From Mobula hypostoma (taxonomy: Eukaryota), in the NCBI RefSeq assembly GCF_963921235.1, contig NC_086105.1, forward strand, positions 122,760,001-122,824,000: a DNA stretch of 64,000 bases. The letters are read 5' to 3'. A program made the position numbers and the translations under genes. Below, one piece after another: positions 37,007-50,505 of the stretch. The notes beneath the pieces were generated by a model, which did no database searches, was not told where the DNA came from, and was given only the letters and a program-made list of their open reading frames with translations. Numbering within the stretch: position 1 is the stretch's first letter; every line of letters starts with the position of its first letter.

Positions 37007-39719
37007 GAAGCAATCTATCACTCTGACATATTTTCTGTTGCCACTTGCATTGAGAAAGAAATGAACCATAAATTACATTGTATCATGCATGTTTAGACTT
37101 GCTGAGAAAACAATGAAGTTTGTAAGAACAAATTTAAAAAGGTAAAGTTAATGATTTACCTTCCCTAATCAGAACATTTCAAGTCCTACAAAGCTAAATA
37201 ACGTTACAGCACATTACTAAACTATGCAATCACTTGTTGATCTAATGGTAATATATCTATTTCTGTCTGTATATGGGTCCTGGTGCCACTCTAGTTTTAC
37301 TTTCCAGAACATTTTGTTGCATGTAATTAAACTGCTTTTCATTTCCGTAGTTATATTTTTGAGACCAAAAGAGTTTAATTCCACAAACATTTAACAAATA
37401 TTATCACATTATTTGTCATTTTTTTTCTGTTAACTACTCTAAAAATAGATAGAATTCTATGTTTGGCTACTAGTACTGAATGAACATGATAGAATCCATT
37501 CTCTATTGAGCACCCATCCCAAAATTTTGTCCATTGACTTCAAGCAGATATATTGGGAGATGTTAATTTTCGCATAGATTCGGAGAGGCAGATCAGGTTA
37601 AATAGTCTCAAATGTGGTTGGGACTATTCTATGGAACAATGTGCCAAAACTTTCAGCCAGCCCAAAGCCATGCATTACCTGTGACTGGAATACTGTATGT
37701 ATTGAGCAGAAACTCCTTCTGGCTCAGCCAGTGTTATACTTTTGCTGTGCAAAAACCATCCTGATCCAACCTTATGATTATATAGTAATAGAAAATGATC
37801 AACAGAGAGATGATTCATCTTATTATGCCTATGGTAGCCTAATTCCATCTTCCAGCATATTGTCCATAAACTATCATGTCTTGGCTGATCAATTAAAAAT
37901 CCAAGTATTTTTTTACATCTAGTGAGGGTTTCTAACTATACCATACTTTCAGGTAGTGAGCTCAAGATTCCTGAAAACATTTTTCCTCATTCCTTCCAAT
38001 TATTATCAATAATTTTGGTTCATGATTCTCCTGATTTCTGGCCCCATGGCTTTGGAAAAGAGGCCTTTCCTACTTACTCCCTCATGATTTTACAAATCTC
38101 ATTTGTTTCCCATCAGCCTTCTAGGTTCTAAAGAAAACAATCATAGTGAATTCAATCTTTCCTCATAGCCATTTTGGACTTGAACATTTGCACAAGGATC
38201 CCAAAACTGGTAGCACTAATGCTGAGAAACACCATCAACTCCAGAAAGCTTCAGCACAATAGGTTTCGAAACAACAAAACTGGTCATATTTGACACAGTT
38301 ATGAGGAAGAAGCCAACACCATCGTGGACACCATATGGCCTATCACGTCATAAAGTTCATGCGCTTTCAAACCAGAGTTGGTAGCAGTATGAATGGTAGG
38401 TGAGGGAAGGGGGGATATTTAGGAAAAAGTGGGCATAAAATAATTGGATTTGTTGCCAAGTTTGAAAGGGAGAAGGGAATATTACAAACTGAGTTTTAAA
38501 GTTGAGATTGATGGGATGAGAAGCAGTTTGATCACAATAAATTAAGTGAAATAGTTAATATTTAAATCAACAAAAAACAATGGAAGGTATTGGAAAATGC
38601 AAATGCACACATTGTGTTTTCTATAGTATTACAGTATTTACTCAAATGCACACATTGTATTTTCTACAATATTTACTATGTAACCATTGTCAGCCATTAG
38701 AAGGTATTCACTATGTAGCCATGACTTTTGACCTGTTCACTATTAGTTCATGAAGAGAACTAGAATGAAATCAAGTAGCAAGATAACGGTGGCGGGTAAG
38801 ATGATGAAATATGTGGCAGTATGTCGACGCAAGGCTAATTAAGAAATAACTGTGGTTAGGGATGAGAAGACATATGGTCCAAAATGTAAACTAGGACATA
38901 ATTAAATTGGGGAGTAAAACAATAGTGGAAAGTCAAGAGCGGATATATTGATGATATGTAATCACAGGCCGATTGGATATGATAATGTAGCTAAGATAGG
39001 AGAATTGCTATAAAAAATGCTATGTACAAGGTTTGACGGGCAGTCAGCAACTAGCTTTCCGATTGTCTCAGCTTTGATTTGCAAATTAAAGTTTAAAATT
39101 ACTTGAAAGATTCTCTGCGTCTCCTTGTCGTTTGTGAGAAACCACGACAAAGGATACAAGCAAATATTTGAAATGAAAGAAAACTATTGTTATGCACCAC
39201 TACAAGATAAAGCTTCCACTTCTGTTGTTAGGCAACCATGGTCAATTGATGAGGTTAGTGCAGTGTTTAAAAAGAGGCTTAAATAAATAACTGAAGACAC
39301 AAAGCAGCACTTGTGGGCGTAGAAACAGTATTAATGCTTCAATGTCCTTAACCTATCATTTCATCAAATGTCATCAACCTGAGAAGTTAAATATGTTTTT
39401 TCTCTCAACATTATTGTCATAATTTTCAGTTCCTATTACAGATCAGTTTTTGCTTTTTAAAGGTTAAGCAAATGCAAGGTAATATAAAATGCTACTCCAC
39501 CAAACAAAAGTTAGGACACATTAAAGAGCAAGAAAGGTATAAAGAAGCAGTAAAGTGTAAAAGGAGACATCAAGGATCACTTTAAACTGCCAGCAGCAGA
39601 ATTTGATGAAAGCCAAAAGACTTTCGCTTTTGGGAATTGTTGCAGGGAACTAGTCAGACAAACTGATAATTGGTAGGGAAGCAGAGGCTTAATATTGATA
39701 GGGATAATGATCAGCGATT

Positions 39720-42700
39720 ATGAAAAGGAGAGTGCAAATACTTGCAATCAGAGATTTTAGATTTTCTTGGTGGGAGCAGTTCTCACCTCCCTTTCACTGC
39801 CAAGTTTTCTGACCCCTGGGAGAAACAGATGACAATATGCCAGCTGACGCAGTAGTTGTTGTCGTCAATTAGCAATATTTAACTTCTTAATACTTGGTGA
39901 ATTTCTGCCTATTAAGAGGGGTTATCTTTGTAATGATGTCTGCTGTCAGAGTTCCACGTTTCAGAAACATATAGAAGGGCTGGGAACATTGCTTCCTGGT
40001 AGATCATAAATTTAAAGCTAAGGTGTGAATTTTATACACTTTCATTCAATTGACCCTTTTACCCAATCAGCTGTGCAGATGTATTGAAGACAATGATCAA
40101 TTTCATCATTGCTGCCCAACTTTATTGAGAGATGGCTTCCAAGGTATGGTCCATGTTTTCCAGGGTCCTGCCTTAAACCTTGATTGCTAGAAGATTTTAT
40201 GGTATAGTGGGTAAGTGGTAGAGAACCATTGTCTTGCTGATATTGAGTCGAGGCCCATGCTCTTCTCTACTTCAGCGAATGAGTTGGAAATAATATGGAA
40301 TGAGTGGGGGTCGTCACGTGATGACGTGGGATTGAGACGTATGAATCCAGCTCTCCCGTAAAAAAATCAGCAAAGTACCATTTAAACAAAGCAAAATTAA
40401 TAAATACTTTCCGAAAACTACTTATAAACTTCTCAGGACTATTTTACAATATGCCTCGTAAATCGCAACAAAAGAAGTCTGTTGTTGTGAAGTCGCCGCG
40501 AGATGGGAAGAAAAAAAGGCCTACTGCAGCGATGGAACCTCGGACTCAGGTTGGATCTCCTTCGGAGGAGACATGTTTTATCTCTGGCGTAGAAGAACAG
40601 GGAGCAATGGCGGCGGTAGCGGTCCCTGGGAAGAAGATGCCTGAATTGCACATGTGCAAAGAAGTTGGCATGCGCAAGTCGATACAACTTAAACTGCAAG
40701 AACCGACGGCCACTGCAAGCAAAAGTGACTCAGAGTCAGAATCGGATTCCGCAGAGAACACAGATGAAGAAGAGGAGGAAGAACTGAAAGAGACTAAAAG
40801 TAAAGGATATGATGGAGACATAAAAGAGGCTTTATTGCAAGTAATGACTGAATTAAAAGGAGTAAAAATAGAGATTAGAAACATGAAGCTGAGCTATGAT
40901 AAAGCAATGAGAAGACAGGAGAAAATGGATAAGGAGCATCAAAAAGTTGGAAATAACAATGGAGCATATTAACGACAGAGTGGAAAAAACAGAAAGTGAT
41001 ATGCTTGTTTGGAAAACGGAAAGAAATCGACTGTTGGAAAAAGTGGGCCTGCTGGAAAATTTTAGTAGACGAAATAATATTAAGATTGTTGGTCTTAAAG
41101 AAGGTATAGAGGGATACAATCCAATAGAATTTTTTCAAAGATGGATCCCGGAAACTTTGCAAATGAAAGAGGAAGACCAATCAATTGAAATTGAATGGGC
41201 ACATAGAGCTCTAAGACCAAAACCACAAGATGACCAATATCCACGATCAATTTTAATAAAATATTTAAGATTTCAAGACAAAGAAAGGATGTTACAGGCG
41301 GCTGCCCAAGCTGCCAAGAAGAGAAAAGGGCCATTGGTGATAGAAGGGAAGAAAATTTTTTTCTACTCTGACATAAGTTATGAACTTTTGAAGAGAAGGA
41401 AGAAATTTAATCCAGTGAAAAAAGTCCTTTGGGATCATGGTTATCAATTTATACTGCGCTATCCTGCAACCTTGAAGATTTTTTTGGTTGCCGGAGAAAA
41501 AAGATTTTTTGACGACTACCAGAAAGCGGAGGAGTTTGTGCGAGATTCTTTGAAGATACAAGAACAAACCCAGGGGAGTGAGATGGATTAAAGATGAAGA
41601 TTTTGTCAAGGAATAGACGTGGTGGATTTTTAAAGGCGAAAGAATATGTAAATATATTATTAATTATACGATAGAGGGGAAGAAAGCTTAAAGTTTGAAG
41701 AATATTAGTTGGGAATAGTGACATTAATTTTTCTATATATATACAAATTTTTTGTTACGAGGGAGTTGGAAGAAACGCTGATCAATCGCTACGGAATTCA
41801 TGTGTGCAAGCGTGGCTATAGCCACGACCCGCAAAATGGAGAGGGGTAGTGTTGTGCTTTTTTTCATTCACAACGTTAGTAGGGGGGTATTTTGTTGTTT
41901 TTCTTTTTGTATCTTATCTATCTTTTATTTCTTTCTTTTTGCCTGGATGATTGGGAGGGAAACATAGCAACATGGTGAAGTTTAAAGAGATTCCCCAAGG
42001 AACCATGAGAGTTAAGATGTTAAGTAACGTTTTAGATTAGAGTAACTTTGTTAAGAATAATGAGTAATTTATTGAATTTTTTGAGTTTTAATGTTAATGG
42101 GCTTAATGGACCGGCGAAAAGAAAAAGAATCTTAACACATATTAAGAAAATGAAGGTAGATTTAGCCTTCTTGCAGGAAACACATCTAACAGAAATTAAA
42201 GAGAGATTGGGTGGGTACTGTTGTTGCAGCTTCATTTAATTCAAAAGCGAGGAGAGTAGCAATTTTGATCAATAAAACATTACTAATTAGAATACAAAAT
42301 GTAATAATCGATTCTGCGGGGAGATATGTGATTATACACTGTCAACTTTTTTCCGAATTATGGACTCTCATGAATATTTATGCACCAAATGAAAATGATG
42401 CAAAATTTATATAAGAAGCTTTTTTGAATTTGGCTGATGCACATGAAAAAATATTAATAGGAGGAGATTTTAATTTTTGCCTAGACCCAGTCTTAGATAG
42501 ATCAACTAAGGCTGTTACAAAATCGAAGGTAGTAAAACTAACTTTATCATTGATGAAAGATTTAAATTTGATTGATATATGGAGAAGAATCAATCCCAAA
42601 GAAAGAGATTATTCGTTCTATTCTAACAGACACAAAACTTACTCAAGGATAGATTTTTTCCTATTATCGATCAATACTCAACACAGAGTGAAAAATATGG

Positions 42701-45700
42701 AATATAAAACAAGAATATTGTCAGATCACTCTCCTTTATTAATGACAATAATAATGATTGATAAGGAAGAAGTGACTTACAGATGGAGATTTAATTCAAT
42801 ATTATTAAAACGTCAAGATTTTTGTGATTTTATGAAAAAACAGATCCAATTTTTTTTGGATACAAACTCTCATTCAGTGGATGATAAATTTATACTTTGG
42901 GATGCGATGAAAGCATATTTGAGGGGTCAGATAATAAGTTATACGTCTAAAGTTAAGAAAGAATATATGACAGAACTAGATTAATTGGAAAAAGAAATTA
43001 CAGAATTAGAAAAAGAATCTCAAAGACATACGACAGAAGAAAAACAAAGACAACCTGTCAATAAGAAGTTACAATATAATACGCTTCAGACATATAGAAT
43101 GGAAAAAGCAATCATGAGAACTAAGCAAAGGTATTATGAGTTAGGTGAGAGAGCACACAAAATTCTTGTTTGGCAGTTGAAAACGGAACAGGCTTCCAAA
43201 ACGATAAATGCAATTAGAACAAGTGCAAATAAAATTACTTATAAACCTTTAGAAATTAATGAAACCTTCAAAAGTTTCTATTCTGAATTATATCAATCGG
43301 AATCACAAAATGATGTTAATGAGATAGAAAGGTTTTTATCACAAGTAACTCTTCCAAAATTGAATTTGGAAGAACAGAAGGGATTAAATATGCCTTTTAC
43401 ATTAAAAGAGGTTGAAGAAGCTTTAGAATCACTTCAAAGTAATAAATCTCCAGGAGAGGATGGTTTTCCACCTGAATTTTATAAAAAGTTTAAAGACTTA
43501 TTATTTCCTCCTTTTATGGAGTGAATACGTCAAGTGGAAAAAAACACAAACTCCTAGCATCTTTCTCAACAGCAATGGTAATAGTATTGCCAAAAAAAGA
43601 TAGAGATCCTTTAAAACCAGCATCATATAGGCCTATTTCTTTGTTGAACACAGATTATAAAATAATAGCAAAAATTTTATCGAATAGATTATCTAAATAT
43701 TTACCAAAATTAATACATATGGATCAAACAGGATTTATTAAAAATAGACAACTGGCAGATAATGTAACTCGGCTACTCAGTATAATTCATTTGGCACAAA
43801 AAAGGGAGGAGAAGAGTATAGTAGTAGCCTTGGATGCAGAAAAAGCATTTGATAGATTGGAATGGGATTTTTTATTTAAAGTATTAGTAAAATATGGGTT
43901 AGGAACACCTTTTATAAACTGGATTAAAACGTTAAGTACTAACCCTAATGCTAAAGTAGTGACAAATAGTCAAATTTCAACACCGTTCCAGTTTAAAAGG
44001 TCAACTAGAGAAGGTTGTCCATTATCACCTGCTTTATTTGTATTGGCAATAGAACCATTAGCAGAACTAATCAGAATTGATTCAGATATTGAGGGTTTTA
44101 GAGTTAATCAGGAGGAATATAAAATTAATCTATTTGCCTATGATGTTTTGATTTATTTAACAAACCCACAGCATTTGTTATGTAAATTATCTTCTAGATT
44201 GGATGAATATGGGAAAGTATCAGGGTATAAAATAAATTGGGATAAAAGTGAAATTTTACCTCTTACTAAAGGAGATTATAGCCAATGTCGATTAGTAACC
44301 CAATTTAGATGGCCGGTAAATGGTATTAAGTATTTAGGTATAAGACTTGATAATGATGTTAAGGATTTATATAAATTTAATTATTTACCACTATTGAAAA
44401 AAAATTCAAGAAGATCTTGACAAATGGATGATATTACCAATAACATTAGTGGGTAGAGTCAATGTTGTAAAAATGAACATATTTCCTAGATTACAGTATT
44501 TGTTTCAAACATTACCAATACAAGTGCCACAGAAATTTTTTTAAGAGTTAAATAAATGTGTGAGAAAATTTCTTTGGAAAGGTAAGATGTCAAGAATATC
44601 ATTGGAAAAATTGACATGGAAAATTGAGTTAGGAGGGTTACAACTTCCAAACTTTAATTATTATAAAGCAAATCAACTTAGATTTATTGACAAACAAAAA
44701 CCGGCATGGATTAGAATAGAATTAGATAAGAGAGGAGAAAATACACCCGAAGATTTTATATATAAATGGGAATCTAAATGGATACGGGAAAAGAAAGAAT
44801 CTCCTATATTAAAACATTTGATTGATCTATGGAATAAGATAAACGTTGATAATGAAATAAAGAAATCTTTATTAGCAAGGAGACCTTTGATTCAAAACAG
44901 ATTTATTCCTTTTACAATGGATAATCAACTTTTATATAATTGGTACTTAAAAGGGATTAGATCTATAGGAGACTATTATAAACGAGGTATATTGATGTCA
45001 TTTGAACAATTAATGAATAATTATAAAATATCAAATAACACTTTCTTTTGTTACCTTCAATTAAGGGCTTATTTAAAAGACAAACTGGGGTCAAACAATG
45101 TTTTTGCCAAAATCCAATGAAATTGAAATTTTAATTCAAAAAGGAAAAATTAAAAAAATTATTTCTTTTATGTATAATTTGATTCAAAAACAGACAATTA
45201 AACAGGGAATCCGCAAGTCAAAACAAAAGTGGGAAACAGATCTGAATATTAATATTGATGAAACAAATTGGTCAAGACTGTGTCTTGACAGTATGACAAA
45301 TACAATAAACGTACGACTTAGATTAGTACAATATAATTTTTTACACCAAATATATACTACACCGCAAAAAATAAATAGATTAAATTCAAACTTATCTGAT
45401 CAGTGCTTTCCATGTAATCAAGAAATTGGTACTTTCTTACATTCTATTTGGTCTTGTTCCAAAATTCAACCTTTTTGGATAAATTTAAGAGTTTTATTGG
45501 AACAAATTACTGGAACTCAACTTCCACATAACCGTATATTATTTCTATTAGGTGATATTGAAGGGATAAAACCGAAACTTAAACTGAATAAATATCAGAA
45601 AGAATTTATAAAAATTGCATCGGCAGTAGCCAAGAAGGCTATAGCAGTTACTTGGAAATCGGATTCCTATTTAAGTATGGATCGTTGAAATAATGAAATT

Positions 45701-46900
45701 TCTAGTTGTATTCCACTCGAAAAAATTACTTTTAATTTAAGAGATAAATATGATACATTTTTGAATACCTGGCGCCCATATTTACAAAAGATAGTATGGC
45801 ATATTTAGTTGCTCCAATGATAAAGATGTTGGTCCCTTGGGGAAAGTAATAAATAAATATACTAAATTTATTTTGAATCCCATGGAGCATGTGGAAACTT
45901 TCCAATATCCTGGCAGTTCTTCTTTCTTCTTCTTTTCTTTTCTTTTTTTTCCAGATAGGGGTATATATCGGGGGGAAGGGTTAAGGGGAGGGGGGAGGGT
46001 AGATATTATCTTTCTATGTAATCTTTTCGAAAACTCAATAAAAATTATATTTAAAAAATGGAACGAGTATGGCTTCCAGGAATACACAAACATTGTGATG
46101 TGCACTCTGTGGATCAGTTACTTAGTTTTGAATGGCCTTGATTCTTTACTAGAGTCACCGTAGTTTCACGCAAGTTCTGAAATTTACCTCTCTTCCTATG
46201 AAAACTTTATTGAAGGTGAGGTGCCACATTGCAGTGAGAAAGATTGAGTAAGGTGGTGGGTAATGAAACAGCACTGTTTGTCACTTGTCTTCACTGAGAT
46301 CGTCTCTATTGCAAACCTGTCGGTTAGGGCAATGGTTTGTACACCATTGTGAAGCAAATGCAAAATGAGGATGAATTACTGTGGGAGTGGAATTTGAGGA
46401 AGGTGCTTCACAGCCCTATCTGAATGATCAAAGGCTTTAGCAAGGTTGAAAAAGGCCATATAAAATGGTTGATGCTGTTCCATTTTTTTTTGGTCCTCGG
46501 AGTTGCCTCAAATGGAAGGTCATGTCCATGTCCATTATGGCCCCAAATGGTTGGGACCTAAAGATAATTATACTCTTACGCAGGACTCCTTTTTCATCTT
46601 AACTGAATAATGACCTCAGCAATGGCTAAACTAAAATAGCTTGTCATCTGGGAGGAAGAACAGAGATTAATTCAGTTGCAAAGGACTTAAGCATATAAAA
46701 GAAATCAGGTCTGGGCTTTTAGCCTTATAGCATTCAATTATTCAGTTGGTCCTCAACATCATTGACGTTCATGGTATTGACAGTTCAGTAGCTTCATCCA
46801 TTAGTGCTTTTAAACAAAAAGGTTTGAGGCACTTTATTTTTCACTTAAACTCATGTTCCAGGGTCTCCTATGGAAGAGGATTGTATCTGTGATGAAATAT
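39720..46900 (-). mobile_element. Ancient RTE-like LINE remnant split by the L1 (pieces about 39720-40294 and 46069-46900)
   Basis: Minus-strand MAFFNLAKAFD (about 46430-46460) and NSFAEVEKSMGL..NISKTMVL (about 40220-40285). Confidence 0.55.
40306..46057 (+). mobile_element. Full-length L1-clade LINE (5.75 kb); ORF1 40451-41591, ORF2 about 42060-45810, both disrupted
   Basis: ORF1 LENFSRRNNIKIVGL..ILRYPATLKI; APE endonuclease SFNVNGL, LQETHL, GGDFN, SDHSP; RT LDAEKAFD, GCPLSP. AATAAA; TSD ATGGAA(T/C)GAGT at 40295-40305 and 46058-46068. Confidence 0.95.
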
Positions 46901-47630
46901 TTTTCTTTTTTAGTTAACTTATTATCCACCACCACTTTTGAAAGCATATGATAGGAGTATAGAGTTTTCTGTTGACCACATAATTCTACCAAAAGCCTGC
47001 TGTTTTCTCCTTCATCAATAAGAAAGCACCAAGTTGAGGCTATACTAAGTTTTTGCCTAATTCTGAGATTTGGCTGGTGCTGTAACTTGCATTGTCTTCT
47101 AGATTTCCAGCTGAATTATAGTTCATCTCCTAGCTTAAGGGTGTTGGGAATGTGAGAGTTGTATTAGCCATGGTCATATGGCTGCTGGTAGCAACTAGTA
47201 TATTCTAGTTGTTTAATTTTTAGCTACTTAGATGTGTCATTACTCTGGCCGATAATACATGACACCATAATACAAGGTATTCCCAATGAAAAGACTAAAA
47301 AAAAAGTCCAATGTCTGTGTGGAGATCAATCACATTAGTTGCATAATAAAGGCAGATTGGACAAGGTTAAATCAGTTACTCTCTTATGTCAAGTTTAATC
47401 AAGCCCATCCAGTACGCTATGTTTTTCGCAAGTTGACAATCTAAGAGATGGACAGTAAAGTCTTTCTTCCAGAGGACAAATGTTTTCTCTGTAGGAAATC
47501 TGCAGTTTCAAAGTTTGCAGGAAGACCAGAACAGAAAGATAGCAGTTTGCTCCTCTTACAGATCGGAGCACCTTGTATTCTTGGCACTAGCATATATACA
47601 TTATAATAGAAACACATCTACCTAGATTTT

Positions 47631-47827
47631 AAATAAAACAGATTCTGTAGATGCTGGAAATTCAGAGCAACACATACAAAATGCTGGAGGAATTCAGCAG
47701 GTCAAGCAGTATATATGGAGAGGAATAAACAGCCCCAAGAAGGGTCTTGGTTTGTAACATCAACTGGTTATTCCTCTCTATAGGTGTTGCCTGATCAGCT
47801 GAGTTCCTCCAGCATTTTGTGTGTGTT
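47631..47827. mobile_element. Fold-back PLE-terminus insertion
   Basis: Inverted PLE ends; 12-bp TSD TACCTAGATTTT at 47619-47630 and 47828-47839. Confidence 0.82.
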
Positions 47828-48482
47828 TACCTAGATTTTTCTGCAAATATCTTGGACAGGTGTAATCCATTTGAATGGTATTATGAGAATTGTAATGCTA
47901 GCTCATGAACTGTTGCTGTCTTAGACACAATACTATCTTGTTATGTTTCTTTTCTTTCATTCATTTCTTCCTCTGTTGCACAACTGACATTATCTTTTGT
48001 ATAATTCCAAAAGTTATAATAGTTATTACTCCTTTCTCATGCAACTCTGATATTACCTAATAAATGCCACACATCTTTAACAGTATTTTGGATTTCAAAT
48101 TAGGCTAAGCTAGATACACTTCTCTTAAATATACTGTACGAATTTTAAGTCAAGATAATCTTCAAATACATCTTCGGTACTAAACTTCAGATTTCAGTCA
48201 TAAGTTTTATTTATATTACGTTCTTCATGTAAATGGAATATTTCAAATGGCTTTACACTGAGCAAGAGGCAGAAGAATGCAGATGGGATAGGAAGATCCA
48301 AATGCAAGATGGAAGGGATATTTTGGGAAATTATTGAAGCAGAAAATAAGGTAGCAAATTTAATGGGTTTACAAAACATTTTCAAAGGATTGTATTAGGT
48401 AAAATAAATTGTAAAAGAGTAGCACAATTTTTTTTCTTCTCTCTAACTGTCCTTATTGATGAAATTACTTTCTAAACAGCAT

Positions 48483-49045
48483 GTTGTTGTTGTTCGTCCA
48501 TCGTACGTCGATGAGGACCTCGACACCATTATTGATGGTGTTGAGACTAGTGCGTGATTTGGATTTAAGTGAGGGAGAGTTGCGCAGCGTCAGCCTCACT
48601 CTCTCTTCCCAATTCCCATCTGGATCCAGTGGCAAGACAGAGTCGAGACGGCTGGAGATGGGACTAGGCGCAGTGGATGACCAGGACGTCTTCTGTGTCT
48701 TGTCCTGCTCTACATGTTCCACGATGCTTGCAGAGACCGCCTTCTTGATCGTTGGACCTTCCATTGGTCTCGTCCGCTCAATCCGCCGGAGTCTGTCTTC
48801 ACATGCTGGGATAGACAACTCCCTATCTCACCGAGGGTTTGAGACCCGTTGGCTACCCTCACCTGGTTTAGCCGGCTTGTCGAAGCCGTTGCCCGGGTTG
48901 TGGCCGCTGTCGCATGCAAACAGCTACGGGGAGCCACAGGTGAGAGCTGAGTGCCAGGTGGGGACCAAAGGTGGACTAACCGCCTTGAAAAGGACGCGAC
49001 ATGTTACCCCACCAGAGGTGCTACCCCTCCCTGACACCCCATACA
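48483..49045 (-). mobile_element. Non-autonomous RTE-type retroposon (about 560 bp)
   Basis: 11-bp TSD CTAAACAGCAT at 48472-48482 and 49046-49056; (AAC)n 3' tail; CpG-rich; no RT coding sequence. Confidence 0.8.
48858..49040 (-). ncRNA. HDV-like self-cleaving ribozyme (predicted) at the element's 5' end
   Basis: P1 GGGGTGT/ACAACCC (1 mismatch); P2 CTCACCTG/CAGGTGAG; P3 GGC/GCC; L3 TCCCCGTA; then GG-GCAA, P4 CGGCTT-CGAC-AAGCCG, and J4/2 G-C-TAA with the catalytic-C equivalent at 48871. Confidence 0.72.
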
Positions 49046-49294
49046 CTAAACAGCATAACACCGCAGCAACACAGGCCTCACTCTATCAGATGGTCTCTTT
49101 GTTCATCCATGCCTCTCCCATGCTATCTGCAACTTAAAACCAACTTTTTCTAATAACTAGAAGAAATAACTCTGTTTTGCTTTCCACAGACACTACTTAA
49201 TCTGCAGATTGTTTCCAATACATTTTTTATTAGGAATGAAATTGATCTTTGCATCAAACCAACTTAATGTTAAGTGTTCACTAGGAGTAAAGAG

Positions 49295-49963
49295 AAGATG
49301 GTGGCGCGACGGCAGTGCACGTGGCCACTTCGGTGGTGATGTCTGTTACCTGTCAAGTAGGGGACCGTGCACAATTCTGATTTGATGGAGACGGACGTGA
49401 GAGTATAGAGGAACATCTGGAAAACTTCTGAAATGCCCGCTTCGCTGCCACTGTGTGGTAACCGGAATCTCCGGAGCAAAAGGCCCCGAAATCCTCAGTT
49501 TTGCGTGTTTCAGCGGCCGAGGTGAGGTCGAAGGCGCTCGGCAGAGGATGGCGCTCGGGAAGCTGTATCGGAGAGGCTGGTCGGAAACTCAAAGTTTTCG
49601 GACGGATGGACTCAGTGTCGGCTGTGGTCGGCTGCTTCCAAGGCATCAGCAAGTTGACGGTGCTTGGAGGTTTATGGCAGGAAGTTTCTCCCTTTTGCCG
49701 CCGCTATCAGGGACTCGGGAGTCGATCGACTTGGGGACTTTTGAGACTTTATTTACCGTGCCCATGGTTTGTTCTTCATCAAATTATGGTATTGCTTTCC
49801 ACTGCTGTAACTATATGTTATAATTATGTGGTTCTGTCAGTGTGCGTCTTTGGTTTTTCCTGTTTTCTGTGATAACACTCCGGAGAAACATTGTATCATT
49901 TCTTAATGCATGTATGCATTCCTAAATGACAATAAAAGAGGACTGAGTGTTCTCATAATCTAA
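49295..49963 (+). mobile_element. Non-coding retroposed repeat, apparently full length (family shared with 35087-35652)
   Basis: AAGATGGTGGCG head; similarity to the 35-kb copy; AATAAA and AATCTAAT tail. Confidence 0.75.
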
Positions 49964-50047
49964 TTAAAATATTACCAAGAGAGCAACCCACATAGGGCAA
50001 GATGTATGTAGATCCTTGCATTAAACAAATTACTTCACAATACTTAC

Positions 50048-50138
50048 AGGTTTACGATTAGAGCAGCGAAAATGAGATGCACCAATTCCAGACAAGTCAA
50101 AACCATCTTCTTTTCGTTGGATGTCAATGTAATATTTT
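50048..50138 (-). CDS. PLAT-gene putative exon 4
   Basis: cAG/GTAAGT, phase 2-0; KYYIDIQRKEDGFDLSGIGASHFRCSNRKP. Confidence 0.55.
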
Positions 50139-50505
50139 CTGTATGTAATAAATTTAAAAGATGGTAGTTTGGTACTCTATTTATTGAACCCTTTAAATAG
50201 CCATAAACTTTTTTAAAAAATCAGTTTTTCATTGAATTTATAATCTTGTTCATGCATTACAAAAAATACAATATTCTGAATATGGACTCTGTTCTTGTTT
50301 ATTATTGCTTTTATAAATAGTGGCAAATGGATCATGTCATTTAATTATATTTCCAATCTGACTCAAAGCTGCTTCTTAGTTTGAGATACAACTTCCTGTG
50401 CATTTGCACCAGAAGCATGCATAACAGAAAATACTTGGTCTAAAAGAATGATCAATCTTGGCCTTATGCCAAAATGCTTTAATTGCTTTCATCTTTTATG
50501 CTTAC

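Noticed and set aside
48481-49137. 218-aa + strand ORF
   Set aside because: Antisense to the GC-rich RTE-type element, crosses its TSD, and has no recognisable domain.
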